Shown piece after piece: positions 1-13,075 of a DNA stretch of 64,000 nt. How positions within the stretch are numbered: position 1 is the first letter of the stretch; each line of letters opens with the position of its first letter. The notes under the pieces were generated by a model. The model saw nothing but the letters and a program-made list of their open reading frames with translations, did no database searches and was not told where the DNA came from. This DNA comes from Nemertoderma westbladi (taxonomy: Eukaryota > Animalia > Xenacoelomorpha), in assembly GCA_032718475.1 (NCBI GenBank), contig JAUCBJ010005407.1, positions 10,239 through 74,238 of the forward strand, read 5' to 3'. The translations under genes and the position numbers were made by a program.

Positions 1-3000
1 AAATAAAATAGGTTACATTAACACCGGCCAGGAGTCACTTTATAAATAAAATAGGTTACATTAACACCGGCCAGGAGTCACTTTATAAATAAAATAGGTT
101 ACATTAACACCGGCCAGGAGTCACTTTATAAATAAAATAGGTTACATTAACACCGGCCAGGAGTCACTTTATAAATAAAATAGGTTACATTAACACCGGC
201 CAGGAGTCACTTTATAAATAAAATAGGTTACATTAACACCGGCCAGGAGTCACTTTATAAATAAAATAGGTTACATTAACACCGGCCAGGAGTCACTTTA
301 TAAATAAAATAGGTTACATTAACACCGGCCAGGAGTCACTTTATAAATAAAATAGGTTACATTAACACCGGCCAGGAGTCACTTTATAAATAAAATAGGT
401 TACATTAACACCGGCCAGGAGTCACTTTATAAATAAAATAGGTTACATTAACACCGGCCAGGAGTCACTTTATAAATAAAATAGGTTACATTAACACCGG
501 CCAGGAGTCACTTTATAAATAAAATAGGTTACATTAACACCGGCCAGGAGTCACTTTATAAATAAAATAGGTTACATTAACACCGGCCAGGAGTCACTTT
601 ATAAATAAAATAGGTTACATTAACACCGGCCAGGAGTCACTTTATAAATAAAATAGGTTACATTAACACCGGCCAGGAGTCACTTTATAAATAAAATAGG
701 TTACATTAACACCGGCCAGGAGTCACTTTATAAATAAAATAGGTTACATTAACACCGGCCAGGAGTCACTTTATAAATAAAATAGGTTACATTAACACCG
801 GCCAGGAGTCACTTTATAAATAAAATAGGTTACATTAACACCGGCCAGGAGTCACTTTATAAATAAAATAGGTTACATTAACACCGGCCAGGAGTCACTT
901 TATAAATAAAATAGGTTACATTAACACCGGCCAGGAGTCACTTTATAAATAAAATACGTTACATTAACACCGGCCAGGAGTCACTTTATAAATAAAATAC
1001 GTACATTAACACCGGCCAGGAGTCACTTTATAAATAAAATAGGTTACATTAACACCGGCCAGGAGTCACTTTATAAATAAAATACGTTACATTAACACCG
1101 GCCAGGAGTCACTTTATAAATAAAATAGGTTACATTAACACCGGCCAGGAGTCACTTTATAAATAAAATAGGTTACATTAACACCGGCCAGGAGTCACTT
1201 TATAAATAAAATAGGTTACATTAACACCGGCCAGGAGTCACTTTATAAATAAAATAGGTTACATTAACACCGGCCAGGAGTCACTTTATAAATAAAATAC
1301 GTTACATTAACACCGGCCAGGAGTCACTTTATAAATAAAATAGGTTACATTAACACCGGCCAGGAGTCACTTTATAAATAAAATAGGTTACATTAACACC
1401 GGCCAGGAGTCACTTTATAAATAAAATAGGTTACATTAACACCGGCCAGGAGTCACTTTATAAATAAAATAGGTTACATTAACACCGGCCAGGAGTCACT
1501 TTATAAATAAAATAGGTTACATTAACACCGGCCAGGAGTCACTTTATAAATAAAATAGGTTACATTAACACCGGCCAGGAGTCACTTTATAAATAAAATA
1601 GGTTACATTAACACCGGCCAGGAGTCACTTTATAAATAAATTACGTACATTAACACCGGCCAGGAGTCACTTTATAAATAAAATAGGTTACATTAACACC
1701 GGCCAGGAGTCACTTTATAAATAAAATAGGTTACATTAACACCGGCCAGGAGTCACTTTATAAATAAAATAGGTTACATTAACACCGGCCAGGAGTCACT
1801 TTATAAATAAAATAGGTTACATTAACACCGGCCAGGAGTCACTTTATAAATAAAATAAGTTACATTAACACCGGCCAGGAGTCACTTTATAAATAAATTA
1901 CGTACATTAACTCCGGCCAGGAGTCACTTTATAAATAAAATGCGTTACATTAACACCGGCCAGGAGTCACTTTATAAATAAAATAGGTTACATTAACACC
2001 GGCCAGGAGACACTTTATAAATAAAATAGGTTACATTAACACCGGCCAGGAGTCACTTTATAAATAAAATAGGTTACATTAACACCGGCCAGGAGTCACT
2101 TTATAAATAAAATAGGTTACATTAACACCGGCCAGGAGTCACTTTATAAATAAAATACGTTACATTAACACCGGCCAGGAGTCACTTTATAAATAAAATA
2201 GGTTACATTAACACCGGCCAGGAGACACTTTATAAATAAAATATGTTACATTAACACCGGCCAGGAGTCACTTTATAAATAAAATACGTTACATTAACAC
2301 CGGCCAGGAGTCACTTTATAAATAAAATAGGTTACATTAACACCGGCCAGGAGTCACTTTATAAATAAAATAGGTTACATTAACACCGGCCAGGAGTCAC
2401 TTTATAAATAAAATACGTTACATTAACACCGGCCAGGAGTCACTTTATAAATAAAATAGGTTACATTAACACCGGCCAGGAGTCACTTTATAAATAAAAT
2501 AGGTTACATTAACACCGGCCAGGAGTCACTTTATAAATAAAATACGTTACATTAACACCGGCCAGGAGTCACTTTATAAATAAAATACGTTACATTAACA
2601 CCGGCCAGGAGTCACTTTATAAATAAAATACGTTACATTAACACCGGCCAGGAGTCACTTTATAAATAAAATACGTTACATTAACACCGGCCAGGAGTCA
2701 CTTTATAAATAAAATACGTTACATTAACACCGGCCAGGAGTCACTTTATAAATAAAATAGGTTACATTAACACCGGCCAGGAGTCACTTTATAAATAAAA
2801 TAGGTTACATTAACACCGGCCAGGAGACACTTTATAAATAAAATAGGTTACATTAACACCGGCCAGGAGTCACTTTATAAATAAAATAGGTTACATTAAC
2901 ACCGGCCAGGAGTCACTTTATAAATAAAATAGGTTACATTAACACCGGCCAGGAGTCACTTTATAAATAAAATACGTTACATTAACACCGGCCAGGAGTC

Positions 3001-3910
3001 ACTTTATAAATAAAATAGGTTACATTAACACCGGCCAGGAGTCACTTTATAAATAAAATAGGTTACATTAACACCGGCCAGGAGTCACTTTATAAATAAA
3101 ATAGGTTACATTAACACCGGCCAGGAGTCACTTTATAAATAAAATACGTTACATTAACACCGGCCAGGAGTCACTTTATAAATAAAATACGTTACATTAA
3201 CACCGGCCAGGAGTCACTTTATAAATAAAATAGGTTACATTAACACCGGCCAGGAGTCACTTTATAAATAAAATAGGTTACATTAACACCGGCCAGGAGT
3301 CACTTTACAAATAAAATAGGTTACATTAACACCGGCCAGGAGTCACTTTATAAATAAAATACGTTACATTAACACCGGCCAGGAGTCACTTTATAAATAA
3401 AATACGTTACATTAACACCGGCCAGGAGTCACTTTATAAATAAAATACGTTACATTAACACCGGCCAGGAGTCACTTTATAAATAAAATAGGTTACATTA
3501 ACACCGGCCAGGAGTCACTTTATAAATAAAATAGGTTACATTAACACCGGCCAGGAGTCACTTTATAAATAAAATAGGTTACATTAACACCGGCCAGGAG
3601 TCACTTTATAAATAAAATAGGTGACATTAACACCGGCCAGGAGTCACTTTATAAATAAAATAGGTTACATTAACACCGCCCAGGAGTCACTTTATAAATA
3701 AAATAGGTTACATTAACACCGGCCAGGAGTCACTTTATAAATAAAATAGGTTACATTAACACCGGCCAGGAGACACTTTATAAATAAAATACGTTACATT
3801 AACACCGGCCAGGAGTCACTTTATAAATAAAATACGTTACATTAACACCGGCCAGGAGTCACTTTATAAATAAAATAGGTGACATTAACACCGGCCATGA
3901 GTCACTTTAT
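1..3910. repeat. 43-bp tandem satellite (aaataaaataggttacattaacaccggccaggagtcactttat)n, about 91 copies in window, open at left edge
   Basis: Read directly. Near-perfect to about 950; the aataCgtt variant and single substitutions become more frequent towards the right edge. Confidence 0.98.
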
Positions 3911-4033
3911 TTTTTTTTACCCCACTTGATATTTCACATAATGTTGCCTCTCATTTGTTTACTATAACCGCATTTTGATTGTGGAATTGAATGAACCTTA
4001 TTCGATATTATTACCATAATTATAGTAACATAT

Positions 4034-6345
4034 AACAGAAATGGGTACTTACTTTTAGACCTAATGGAAGAATGTGAATTGATACCAACAAACAACACAT
4101 TCGAAAAGAGTAAGGGGAAGCTATGGACCTTTCAATACCCTAATGGAACCAAAGCACAACTGGATTACATCCTCATAAACAAAAAGTGGAGAAACAGCAT
4201 GATCAACTGCGAGGCATACAGCTCGTTCAACCAAATTGGTTCGGACCACAGAATTGTGACTGCAGAGATCAGACTCAGTTTGAGAGCCAGCAAACCCAGG
4301 ACAAGCAAGCAAATCAAATATGACTGGGAAAAACTCAGAACTGACATTGCTGTGAAGGATGCTTAAACAGTAGAAGTTCAAAACCGCTTTGAAGCACTTC
4401 AGTCAATGGATGAAGACCAATCCACCGATTCAATATACCAGAATATAATAACAGCCCACAAGGAATCAGCTAAGAGGCATATCCCCCAGAAACCCAAGCG
4501 AAAACAATATGTGCCATGGCAAAACTCTGAGGTTACCTGTAAGAGAGAAGATCTTAAGATAGCCTACAAACTTAAAACCGAACAACCAACAACCGAAAAC
4601 ATTAACAAGGTTGAGAAAGCTAAGGATGATCTTAAATTGGCCTACAACATCAGCCAGGAAAAGTACATACAGGATAAAATTGAAGCAATTACGACTGCTC
4701 ACATACAGCAACAATCAAGACTTACCTGGCAAACTGTAAATGAGGTATCTGGTCGGAAAAGTTGTGCAAAGGGGCGCCTCAAAGCCGATAGTCCTGAAGA
4801 ACGTGTTGGGAAGTGGAAAAATCACTTCAGCAACTTGCTTGGGCAGCCACCAAACATCGAGGTCAGCCCTACAAGGAAAATATATGACAAGACACTACCA
4901 ATAGAAACAGGGGACTTCACACCTGCCGAACTCCAAAGAAGCATTAAAAGCATGTCCAATAATAAAGCGAGTGGATTAGATGAAATCCCAGCGGAGGTAT
5001 GGAAAACAGGAGTGCTAAACAGACCATTATTGAATGCTTGCAACCGGATGTTAAAAGGGGAAAAGCCACCACCAATTTGGACTAAAGGTCAACTAAAGCC
5101 TCTCCCCAAGAAAGGAGACCTCGGTATACAAACAAACTATCGTGGGATCTGTCTGCTTGTGGTAGCTGCGGTAGTGTGAGATTTCGACCAAGTAGATCAA
5201 CAATAGCTCAGATACTTGCACTATGGAGACTGATTGAAGGAATTAAGTCGAAGAATCTCGCCGCAGTCATGACTTTTGTGGACTTCAAGAAGGCATTCGA
5301 CTCCATCCATAGAGGCAAAATGCTTGAAATCCTAAGAGCTTATGGAATACCAAAAGTAATTGTTGCTGGCATTGGATTGTTATATTGTGACACAGAAGCG
5401 CAGGTACTCTCACCAGATGGTGAAACTGAGTTTTTTTCAAACCTGGCTGGGGTACTGCAAGGTGACACATCAGCACCATTACTATTTGTAATTGTGCTGG
5501 ATTACGAAATGAGGACAGCCAAAAAGGGTGAAGACCTGGGATTCACACTTCAAGAACGCAGAAGTAGTAGATATCCGGCAACTACAGTCACAGACACCGA
5601 CTTTGCAGATGACATCGCCCTGCTCTCTAATACCCTAGCAGATGCACAGCTTCTACTAAATAAAGTGGAGAGGGTTGCAAAGGAGGTTGGATTGCATATA
5701 AATGCTACCAAGACCGAATTCATGACCTTTAATGTTGATGGAAACTTGACAACCATTGACAATAATCAACTAAGGAAGATTGACGACTTCCAGTACCTTG
5801 GATCATGGATAGAGAGTAGCAAAAAGGACATAGAAGTTAGGAAAGCAAAGGCTTGGGTAGCTCTATCAAAAATGGATACCATCTGGAAATCTGATCTATC
5901 CAGGCACCTGAAGACTAAGTTCTTTCGAGCCACAGTGGAAAGTGTATTTTTATACAGGGGTGAGACCTGGACACTGACTAAATCACTTGAACAACGAATT
6001 GATGGTTGCTACACAAGACTACTAAGGGCAGCCCTAAACATCAGCTGGTGACAACACATGACAAACGCCGAGCTTTATGGTACAATACCACCTGTATCAA
6101 CCACCCTCTGTGAACGCAAATTAAGATTCAGTGGGCACTGCTGGCGAAGTAAAGACGAGGACATACCAGATCTACTTCTCTGGCAACCAACTCATGGAAA
6201 GCGTAGTCGTGGACGACCGGCCATAACATATATAGATCAACTTGAAAGGGATACTGAACTTGGGAGAAACGAAATTGCGACAACTATGGAGAATCGGGAA
6301 TCCTGGAAGGATCTCATTTCCACTGTCCGAGTTCGCTCGACCTAG
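4034..6345 (+). pseudogene. Disrupted endonuclease/reverse transcriptase ORF of the RTE LINE (track ORFs 4064-4366, 4406-5179, 5176-6051, 6058-6345)
   Basis: Collinear pieces of one ORF: premature TAA at 4364-4366, a frameshift with apparent deletion near 5170 (the segment normally between the NYRGI region and GFRP is missing), and premature TGA at 6049-6051. Confidence 0.92.
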
Positions 6346-6357
6346 TAGTAGTAGTAG
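4034..6357 (+). mobile_element. 5'-truncated RTE-clade non-LTR retrotransposon with 13-bp TSD and (TAG)5 tail
   Basis: TSD tatagtaacatat at 4021-4033 and 6358-6370. APE endonuclease C-terminal motifs (NRNG, QLDYILI, GSDH) and RT motifs (NYRGI, DFKKAFDS, GVLQGD, DFADD, YLGS). The ORF ends directly in the TAG tail at 6343-6357. Confidence 0.95.
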
Positions 6358-6707
6358 TATAGTAACATATGATACTCATTATACTCATCCACCACATTAA
6401 GCGAGTAGACCTCATGCGCCGAGTGACTCATCGTTCTCACTGGCATAAGTCACCCAGTTTATAACGAATGGGTGTCAAAAACTGTGCAGGTAACAGAATG
6501 CTGGAAAGGAATTCCCGTTATCCCCGATTGCAACGGTCTTTGGCTATGATCCACGAGTTCCACTTTGGGACATTGGTGAAGTGTTGGAAGGGTTTGAAGA
6601 CTTCAATAACGCCAAGCTAGCTGACGAAGTAGCCTGAACCCGTCTCGTACAGATTCAGACCGTATGGTAGTCAATAATTATCAGCAGGTCAAGGAGGGTC
6701 AAGGCAC

Positions 6708-8350
6708 AAATTCAGCACCAATCCGAATCCGGATAAGTCAAAGTCCAAGTGTATTCCATTCGGGCGGGATTGGGATGAACGTATGGCTTCGATTTTGTTA
6801 AACGGAATGCACTCCACCTAAGTAATCTCCTCTCCCTTGGGTTACGGAAGCGCTCCACCTAGGTAATCTCCTCTCCCTTGGGTTACAGAAGCACTCCACC
6901 TAGGTAATATCCTCTCCCTTGGGTTATGGAAGCACTCCACCTAGGTAATCACCTCTTCCTTGGGTTACGGAAGCGCTCCACCTAGGTAATCTCCTCTCCC
7001 TTGGGTTACGGAAGCACTCCACCTAGGTAATCTCCTCTCCCTTGGGTTACGGAAGCACTCCACCTAGGTAATCACCTCTTCCTTGGGTTACGGAAGCGCT
7101 CCACCTAGGTAATCTCCTCTCCCTTGGGTTACGGAAGCACTCCACCTAGGTAATCTCCTCTCCCTTAGGTTACGGAAGCACTCCACCTAGGTAATCTCCT
7201 CTCCCTTGGGTTACGGAAGCACTCCACCTAGGTAATCACCTCTTCCTTGGGTTACGGAAGCACTCCACCTAGGTAATCTCCTCTCCCTTGGGTTACGGAA
7301 GCACTCCACCTTGGTAATCTCCTCTCCCTTGGGTTACGGAAGCACTCCACCTAGGTACGGAAGCACTCCACCTAGGTAATCACCTCTTCCTTGGGTTACG
7401 GAAGCACTCCACCTAGGTAATCTCCTCTCCCTTAGGTTACGGAAGCACTCCACCTAGGTAATCACCTCTTCCTTGGGTTACGGAAGCACTCCACCTAGGT
7501 AATCTCCTCTTTCTTGGGTTACGGAAGCGCTCCACCTAGGTAATCACCTCTTCCTTGGGTTACGGAAGCACTCCACCTAGGTAATCTCCTCTCCCTTGGG
7601 TTACGGAAGCACTCCACCTAGGTAATCACCTCTTCCTTGGGTTACGGAAGCACTCCACCAAGGTAATCTCCTCTTTCTTGGGTTACGGAAGCGCTCCACC
7701 TAGGTAATCTCCTCTTCCTTGGGTTACGGAAGTGCTCCAACTAGGTAATCTTCTTGATTATAAAAACTGCATGGTGCCTGATATTGCTCATAAGAGGGGG
7801 AAGTTTATAGGTAAACTGAGTTCACTGCGACAGGAATTTTATTATGCTAACCCGTGTGATCTGTAATTTACAACGTATTTATTGTACCTCATTTTATGGC
7901 AGTAACCTTTGGAATCTTTTCTCCCCAGCCAGTGTCAGAATTTTTAGTACTTGGAATGTTAACGTTGGAATCATTTTTGGCTTACCATGTAATGCTCATA
8001 GATACATTGTCGAAAAATTGGTAAATTTTAAGCACCAAGTATCATGATTAATAATAATCAGTTCATTACTTTTTGTTCATCACTGCGTAGTTCTAACAAA
8101 TTGTGCATTCGATTTCTAGCAAACCTTTTCTTATCAGATTGTCAATCCCAAAGCGGTTGTAATTTTTTACATAAATTGGGGAATTTGTGTAATATTGATG
8201 ATCTAGATATTTGAACATCCCGTGCAGTTTCTAATCTCAGTTATGTCCCTCTATTAGACACAGACAAGTGGCGAGTCGATTTCTCTAAAGATATAATTTC
8301 TTGTTTGAATGATGATCGCAAGATAGGTGGTTTTAATAGCCAAGAACTGA
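6708..8350 (+). mobile_element. Decayed non-LTR retrotransposon fragment (RT C-terminal half, RTEX-like), interrupted by the 41-bp array
   Basis: Manual translation: KFSTNPNPDKSKSKCIPFG from 6708, ILLNG, LPWVTEALHLGN, LLDYKNCMVPDIAHKRGKFIGKLSSLRQEF from about 7750, IYCTSFYGSNLWNLF...WNV...LPCNAHRYIVE, then DKWRVDF...GFNSQEL. Many stops and frameshifts. The clade call is from memory of motifs. Confidence 0.8.
6802..7750. repeat. 41-bp minisatellite (cctctcccttgggttacggaagcactccacctaggtaatct)n, about 23 copies
   Basis: Period 41 (gttac at 6841 and 6882). Two interleaved variants (ctcctctccc and cacctcttcc) and one shortened unit near 7355. Confidence 0.97.
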
Positions 8351-8897
8351 GACGGTAACCTGGTGTTCTGCACTATCGCCAAATTCCAATAGCGTGAAGC
8401 TGTACCAAGTTCATTAGGACGTTTAAGACTTTTCATTGCTTTTCTAGATTTTCTACAATTTTTCACAACCTTGTGATTGTGTTTTTCAGGGTATTTATAG
8501 TATAACGAAACAACTAAAAATACTGTATTTTTCTGTATATTTTGGATTGTTTTGATTATTGTGAGGCTATACTTTGGATACTAACGGACCCAAAGTACTC
8601 CTCACCCGGTTTCTCCTTTTTCCTCATCCCAGAGGTTTTTCTATGTTGTTACAGTACACTATTTTTATATGTCAGAAGGAAGCAATATACAGTACTATTT
8701 GGGAAGAACAGAAAATCACTGTGTTTTTGCACTATATTGAAAGGTTGTGGATGTCCGTAAATAACAAGTCATTGAAGGACCGTGTTCTAGTGGGAAATAT
8801 TTATATCAGCCAGGAACCAAAACAATATGGGAAAATATAGCACCCCTTGGAACTTTTAGAGATACAAAGCCGTTTTAGGAGCTTATCGTGCCAAGAG

Positions 8898-8985
8898 TGT
8901 TGACAATTTTGTTGACAAGCCGGCACAGCATTCTTAAAAATGCAGCTGCAATGCAGCATGCCGATCCTAGTAGTAGTAGTAGTAG
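8898..8985 (+). mobile_element. Very short (about 88 bp) 5'-truncated retroposon with (TAG)6 tail and 9-10 bp TSD
   Basis: gtgccaagag at 8888-8897 and 8985-8994 flanks an insert ending in (tag)6 at 8968-8985. Confidence 0.8.
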
Positions 8986-10168
8986 TGCCAAGAGGAACGA
9001 GAAATCCATTACAATTGTATAGGACAGGTATACCGTTGGCATATTTCCAATTGGGGTGTCGTTTCAGCCTACGGAAGTATTTCTGGGCTTCTAATTGGCT
9101 GTTTCTTCAATAAGCTCACCTCATTGGCTAACACTCTCCCATAGCCAAAAGGTGTGTCGGTTCAGCCCAATTGCCAGAAGGGGTGTCGCTTGGGGGAAAT
9201 CACTTTTATTACTTGTAAATTTTACTTAGGCCTGCCTACTCCTTCCGTATTAAACAAGTAAATCACAATTATATTGTCATATTAAAAAATGTCTGGTGTT
9301 ATTTGTTACCGCACCATTTGTATTGGGTTTAGTTAATTAATAAATACAACTGCCATATATAATTATATTATATATTAATTCACAATAATTGCGCGATCAA
9401 AATATGGGATTTCAACCACCGATACCAGTTGAAATGTCTAAACATTAAACAACCTCGATTTATTACAGTACCGGTACAGTAGTTGTCAGTCGGTTCAAAA
9501 CCTTGGAAATACAAAAACAATTAACATTATTCGTTTACAAAAGATTGCAAATAATTTTTTAATGTTACTTTCTAAACGTTACTAAGTGTTCTAAATGTTA
9601 CTGATTGGTACATACAGTAGTCAACTTGCTTATTCAGTTATTTGGCCTATACATACAGTATGTCAATGTCAGTGAGTGCGAAAGGCAGAAAGGGTCTACC
9701 TACAGTACCCAACAACTGACCACGCATTGAAGCCCACAATCCGCTTACCCTACAGCCCTAGACCTACCTATTTTTACCTGTTTCCATAGTACTTTACCTG
9801 TTACCATAGTACTGACCACTGACCTATTACTGTATTACCAATTATTGACCGAGAGAAAGCCGCCCCAAGATTAGATTATAACAACAACATTTCCATTGGG
9901 TAAGAAAGTGGAGAAGAGCCAGGCCCGACTCTCAATTTTTTAGTTTATATTACGCGATCAACTTTCACTCATCTCGTCATGAACACAACATGTATGTAAA
10001 CTTTTGATAAATTTGTTGGCTATGCGTTTGCGGCTGTTTGGGCGGGGTGTGGTAGGCCTACACTTTTCACACTGAAACATTTTGGTTGTGAAATGTTCAG
10101 GGCACAGCGATCAGAGATATTTCATATATATTTTATTATGAGAGGAAGAAGAACATACAACGTTATTT

Positions 10169-11442
10169 ACGAGAAAGGCATTTCCTAAAGGAAATGCAAC
10201 CACGAAGCTAAGGAAAATTAAACAAACGGCCACACTTTGGTTCGTTGCTTGCTTAGCCTCGTTTAGTAGCAATTGTCAATAATTAACTTCTATTCCCATG
10301 GAAACTAGAGTTCGCTGGAACTGTTGCTTTAACCTTTGAAAAAAAATTCAGTACAGATTGTGGTTCAGATAACACATGTACTGAGTTTTAGAAAATATTG
10401 TAGTTTATGTCCAAATTACCGATTTTCTATCAAAATGCATCTGTTTGTAGTGGTTGTCATGGAAACTGAAAAATAGAACAATGTAATTCGGATGCAGAAT
10501 AAGTCATATAGTGGGGGTAGGTGTTGGTCCCAAGTCATAATACTATTAACTTGTGCTTCAAATTATCATTTTATAAATTTTAATATCTGTTTAGTCTTGT
10601 TGCTATGGTGACTGGAATTTCTAATTAACCTCGAACGGCTTGGATATGAACCTTATAGTTGAGTTGAGAAACCCCAAGTTTATATCTATTGCGGTTTTTC
10701 TACAAATAGAGTTATGAATATAGACTTGAATGATATAATCTGTAATAAACTCCAGTTACCACGGTAACTAGATATTTCTGGAATGTTTTGAGTTTCACTA
10801 AAAGTTCCAACTAGTGGTCCAGATAACACATACCCAGTTTTGTAAAATTTTATCGTGAAGTCTATGTCCAAATGAATAAGTTTTGAATAAAAACATCTGT
10901 TTTCAGCGGTTGTCATGGTAACTGAAAAATAGAACAATGTAATTCGGATGCAGAATAAGTTATATAGTGGGGGTAGGGGTTGGTCCCAAGTCATAACACC
11001 TTGCCCTTAGGCTTCAAATTAACATTTTATAAATTTTAACATCTGTTTATCCCGGTTGCCAAGGTAACTGGATTTTCTATTTAGCCTCAATCGGATCTGC
11101 TATGGACCTTATAGTTGTGTTGCGAAACCCCAAGTTTATATCTATTATAGTTTTCCTACAAATAGAGTTATAAATATTGACTTGAAATACATAGACTTTT
11201 TTTGAAGTCCGTTGCCATGGAAACCAGATTTTTCCTGGATATGAGACCCGGCCCAAAAGATGCGCCTCGTCGAGTAGTATATACATGCAAAATTTCAGGG
11301 TACTTTTAAAGGCTAGTTTTTTCGCCTATCAAAAAACCCCAAATCTGCCTCACACAAGTAAAATAGCCCACTATGAATAGACCATCTCAGCTAAGGAAAA
11401 TCTTTCTTAGCGAAAGTAGTTGATTTTCCTTAGCTTCGTGGA
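10169..11442 (-). mobile_element. Non-autonomous Helentron-like element (HINE type), copy 1, complete
   Basis: 19-bp subterminal IRs ccacgaagctaaggaaaat, an extra 14-bp IR near the 5' end, 3' hairpin gcatttcct-tt-aggaaatgc followed by ctttctcgt. No TSD, no coding capacity. Confidence 0.85.
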
Positions 11443-11451
11443 CTATATTAT

Positions 11452-11779
11452 ACTAGAAAGGCATTTCCTAAAGGAAATGCAACCACGAAGCTAAGGAAAA
11501 CTAAACAAACGGCCACACTTTGGTTCTTTGCTTAGCCTAGTCTAGTAGCATTTGCCAATAATTAGCTTCTATTTCCATGGAAACTAGAGTTCTCTGGAAC
11601 TGTTGGTTCATCCTTTGAAAAAAGATTCAGTCCAGATTGTGGTTCAGATAACACATATACCGAGTTTCAGAAAATATTGTACTTTATGTCCAAAATACTG
11701 ATTTTCTATCAAAATGCATCTGTTTGCAGTGGTTGTCAAGGAAACTGAAAAATAGAACAATGTAATTCGGATGCAGAAT
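11452..11779 (-). mobile_element. Helentron-like element copy 2, 3' portion only
   Basis: 3' terminus (actagaaaggcatttcc...) at 11452; sequence switches to the terminus of copy 3 at gcagaat|acgagaaag (11780). Confidence 0.82.
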
Positions 11780-13055
11780 ACGAGAAAGGCATTTCCTAAA
11801 GGAAATGCAACCACGAAGCTAAGGAAAATTAAACAAACGGCCACACTTTGGTTCGTTGCTTAGCCTCGTTTAGTCGCAATTCTCAATAATTAACTTCTAT
11901 TCCCATGGAAACTAGAGTTCTCTGGAACTGTTGCTTTAACCTTTGAAAAAAAATTCAGTACAGATTGTGGTTCAGATAACACATATACTGAGTTTCAGAA
12001 AATATTGTAGTTTATGTCCAAATTACCGATTTTCTATCAAAATGCATCTGTTTGCAGTGGTTGTCATGGAAACTGAAAAATAGAACAATGTAATTCGGAT
12101 GCAGAATAAGTCATATAGTGGGGGTAGGTGTTGGTCCCAAGTCATAATACTATTAACTTGTGCTTCAAATTATCATTTTATAAATTTTTACATCTGTTTA
12201 GCCTGGTTGCCATGGTACTGTATCAGGATTTTTTAATTTACCTCAATCTGCTCGGCTATGGCCCTTATAGTTGAGTTGAGAAACTCCAAGTTTATATATA
12301 TTGCGGTTTTTCTACAAATAGAGTTATGAATATAGACTGGAATGATATAGACTTTATTAATACTACAGTTACCAAGGTAACTATATATTTCTGGAATGAT
12401 TTGAGTTTCACTAAAAGTTCCAACTAGTGGTCCAGATAACACATTCCCAGTTTCGTAAAATTTTATCGCGAAGTCTATATCCAAATGAGTAATTTTTGTA
12501 TAAAAACATCTGTTTTCAGCGGTTGTCATGGTAACTGCAAAATTAAACAATGAAATTCGGACGCAGAATAAGTCATATAGTGGGGGTAGGGGTTGGTCCC
12601 AAGACATAACACCTTAACCTTAGGCTTCAAATTAACATTTTATAAATTTTAACATCTGTTTAGCCCGGTTGCCAAGGTAACTGGATTTTCTATTCAACCT
12701 CAATCGGCTCTGCTATGGACCTTATAGTTGAGTTGAGAAACCCCAAGTTTATATCTATTATAGTTTTCCTAGAAATAGAGTTATAAATATTGACTTGAAA
12801 TACATAGACTTTTTTCTAAGTCCGTTGCCATGGAAACCAGATTTTTCCTGGATATGAGACCCAGCCCACACGACGCGCCTCGATGAGTAGTATATACATG
12901 CAAAATTTCAGGGTACTTTTAAAGGCTAGTTTTATCACCGGTCAAAAAACTCTAAATCTGCTCCATACAAGTAAAATAGCCCACTATGAATAGACCATCT
13001 CAGCTAAGGAAAATCTTTCTTAGCGAAAGTAGTTGATTTTCCTTAGCTTCGTGGA
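11780..13055 (-). mobile_element. Helentron-like element copy 3, complete
   Basis: Both termini present (acgagaaaggc... to ...cttcgtgga). Confidence 0.85.
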
Positions 13056-13075
13056 ATTTGGACATAAACTAGAAT

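Noticed and set aside
4121-5762. Minus-strand ORFs overlapping the RTE LINE
   Set aside because: Antisense shadows of the endonuclease/RT coding region.
6495-6640. Protein-like frame GKEFPLSPIATVFGYDPRVPLWD, faintly like the region after an LTR-retrotransposon integrase core
   Set aside because: Too short and no catalytic motifs could be confirmed; needs blastx.
9050-9200. Repeated ggtgtcg motifs and reverse CCAAT boxes suggesting a promoter or MITE end
   Set aside because: No associated gene or matching terminal repeat identified.
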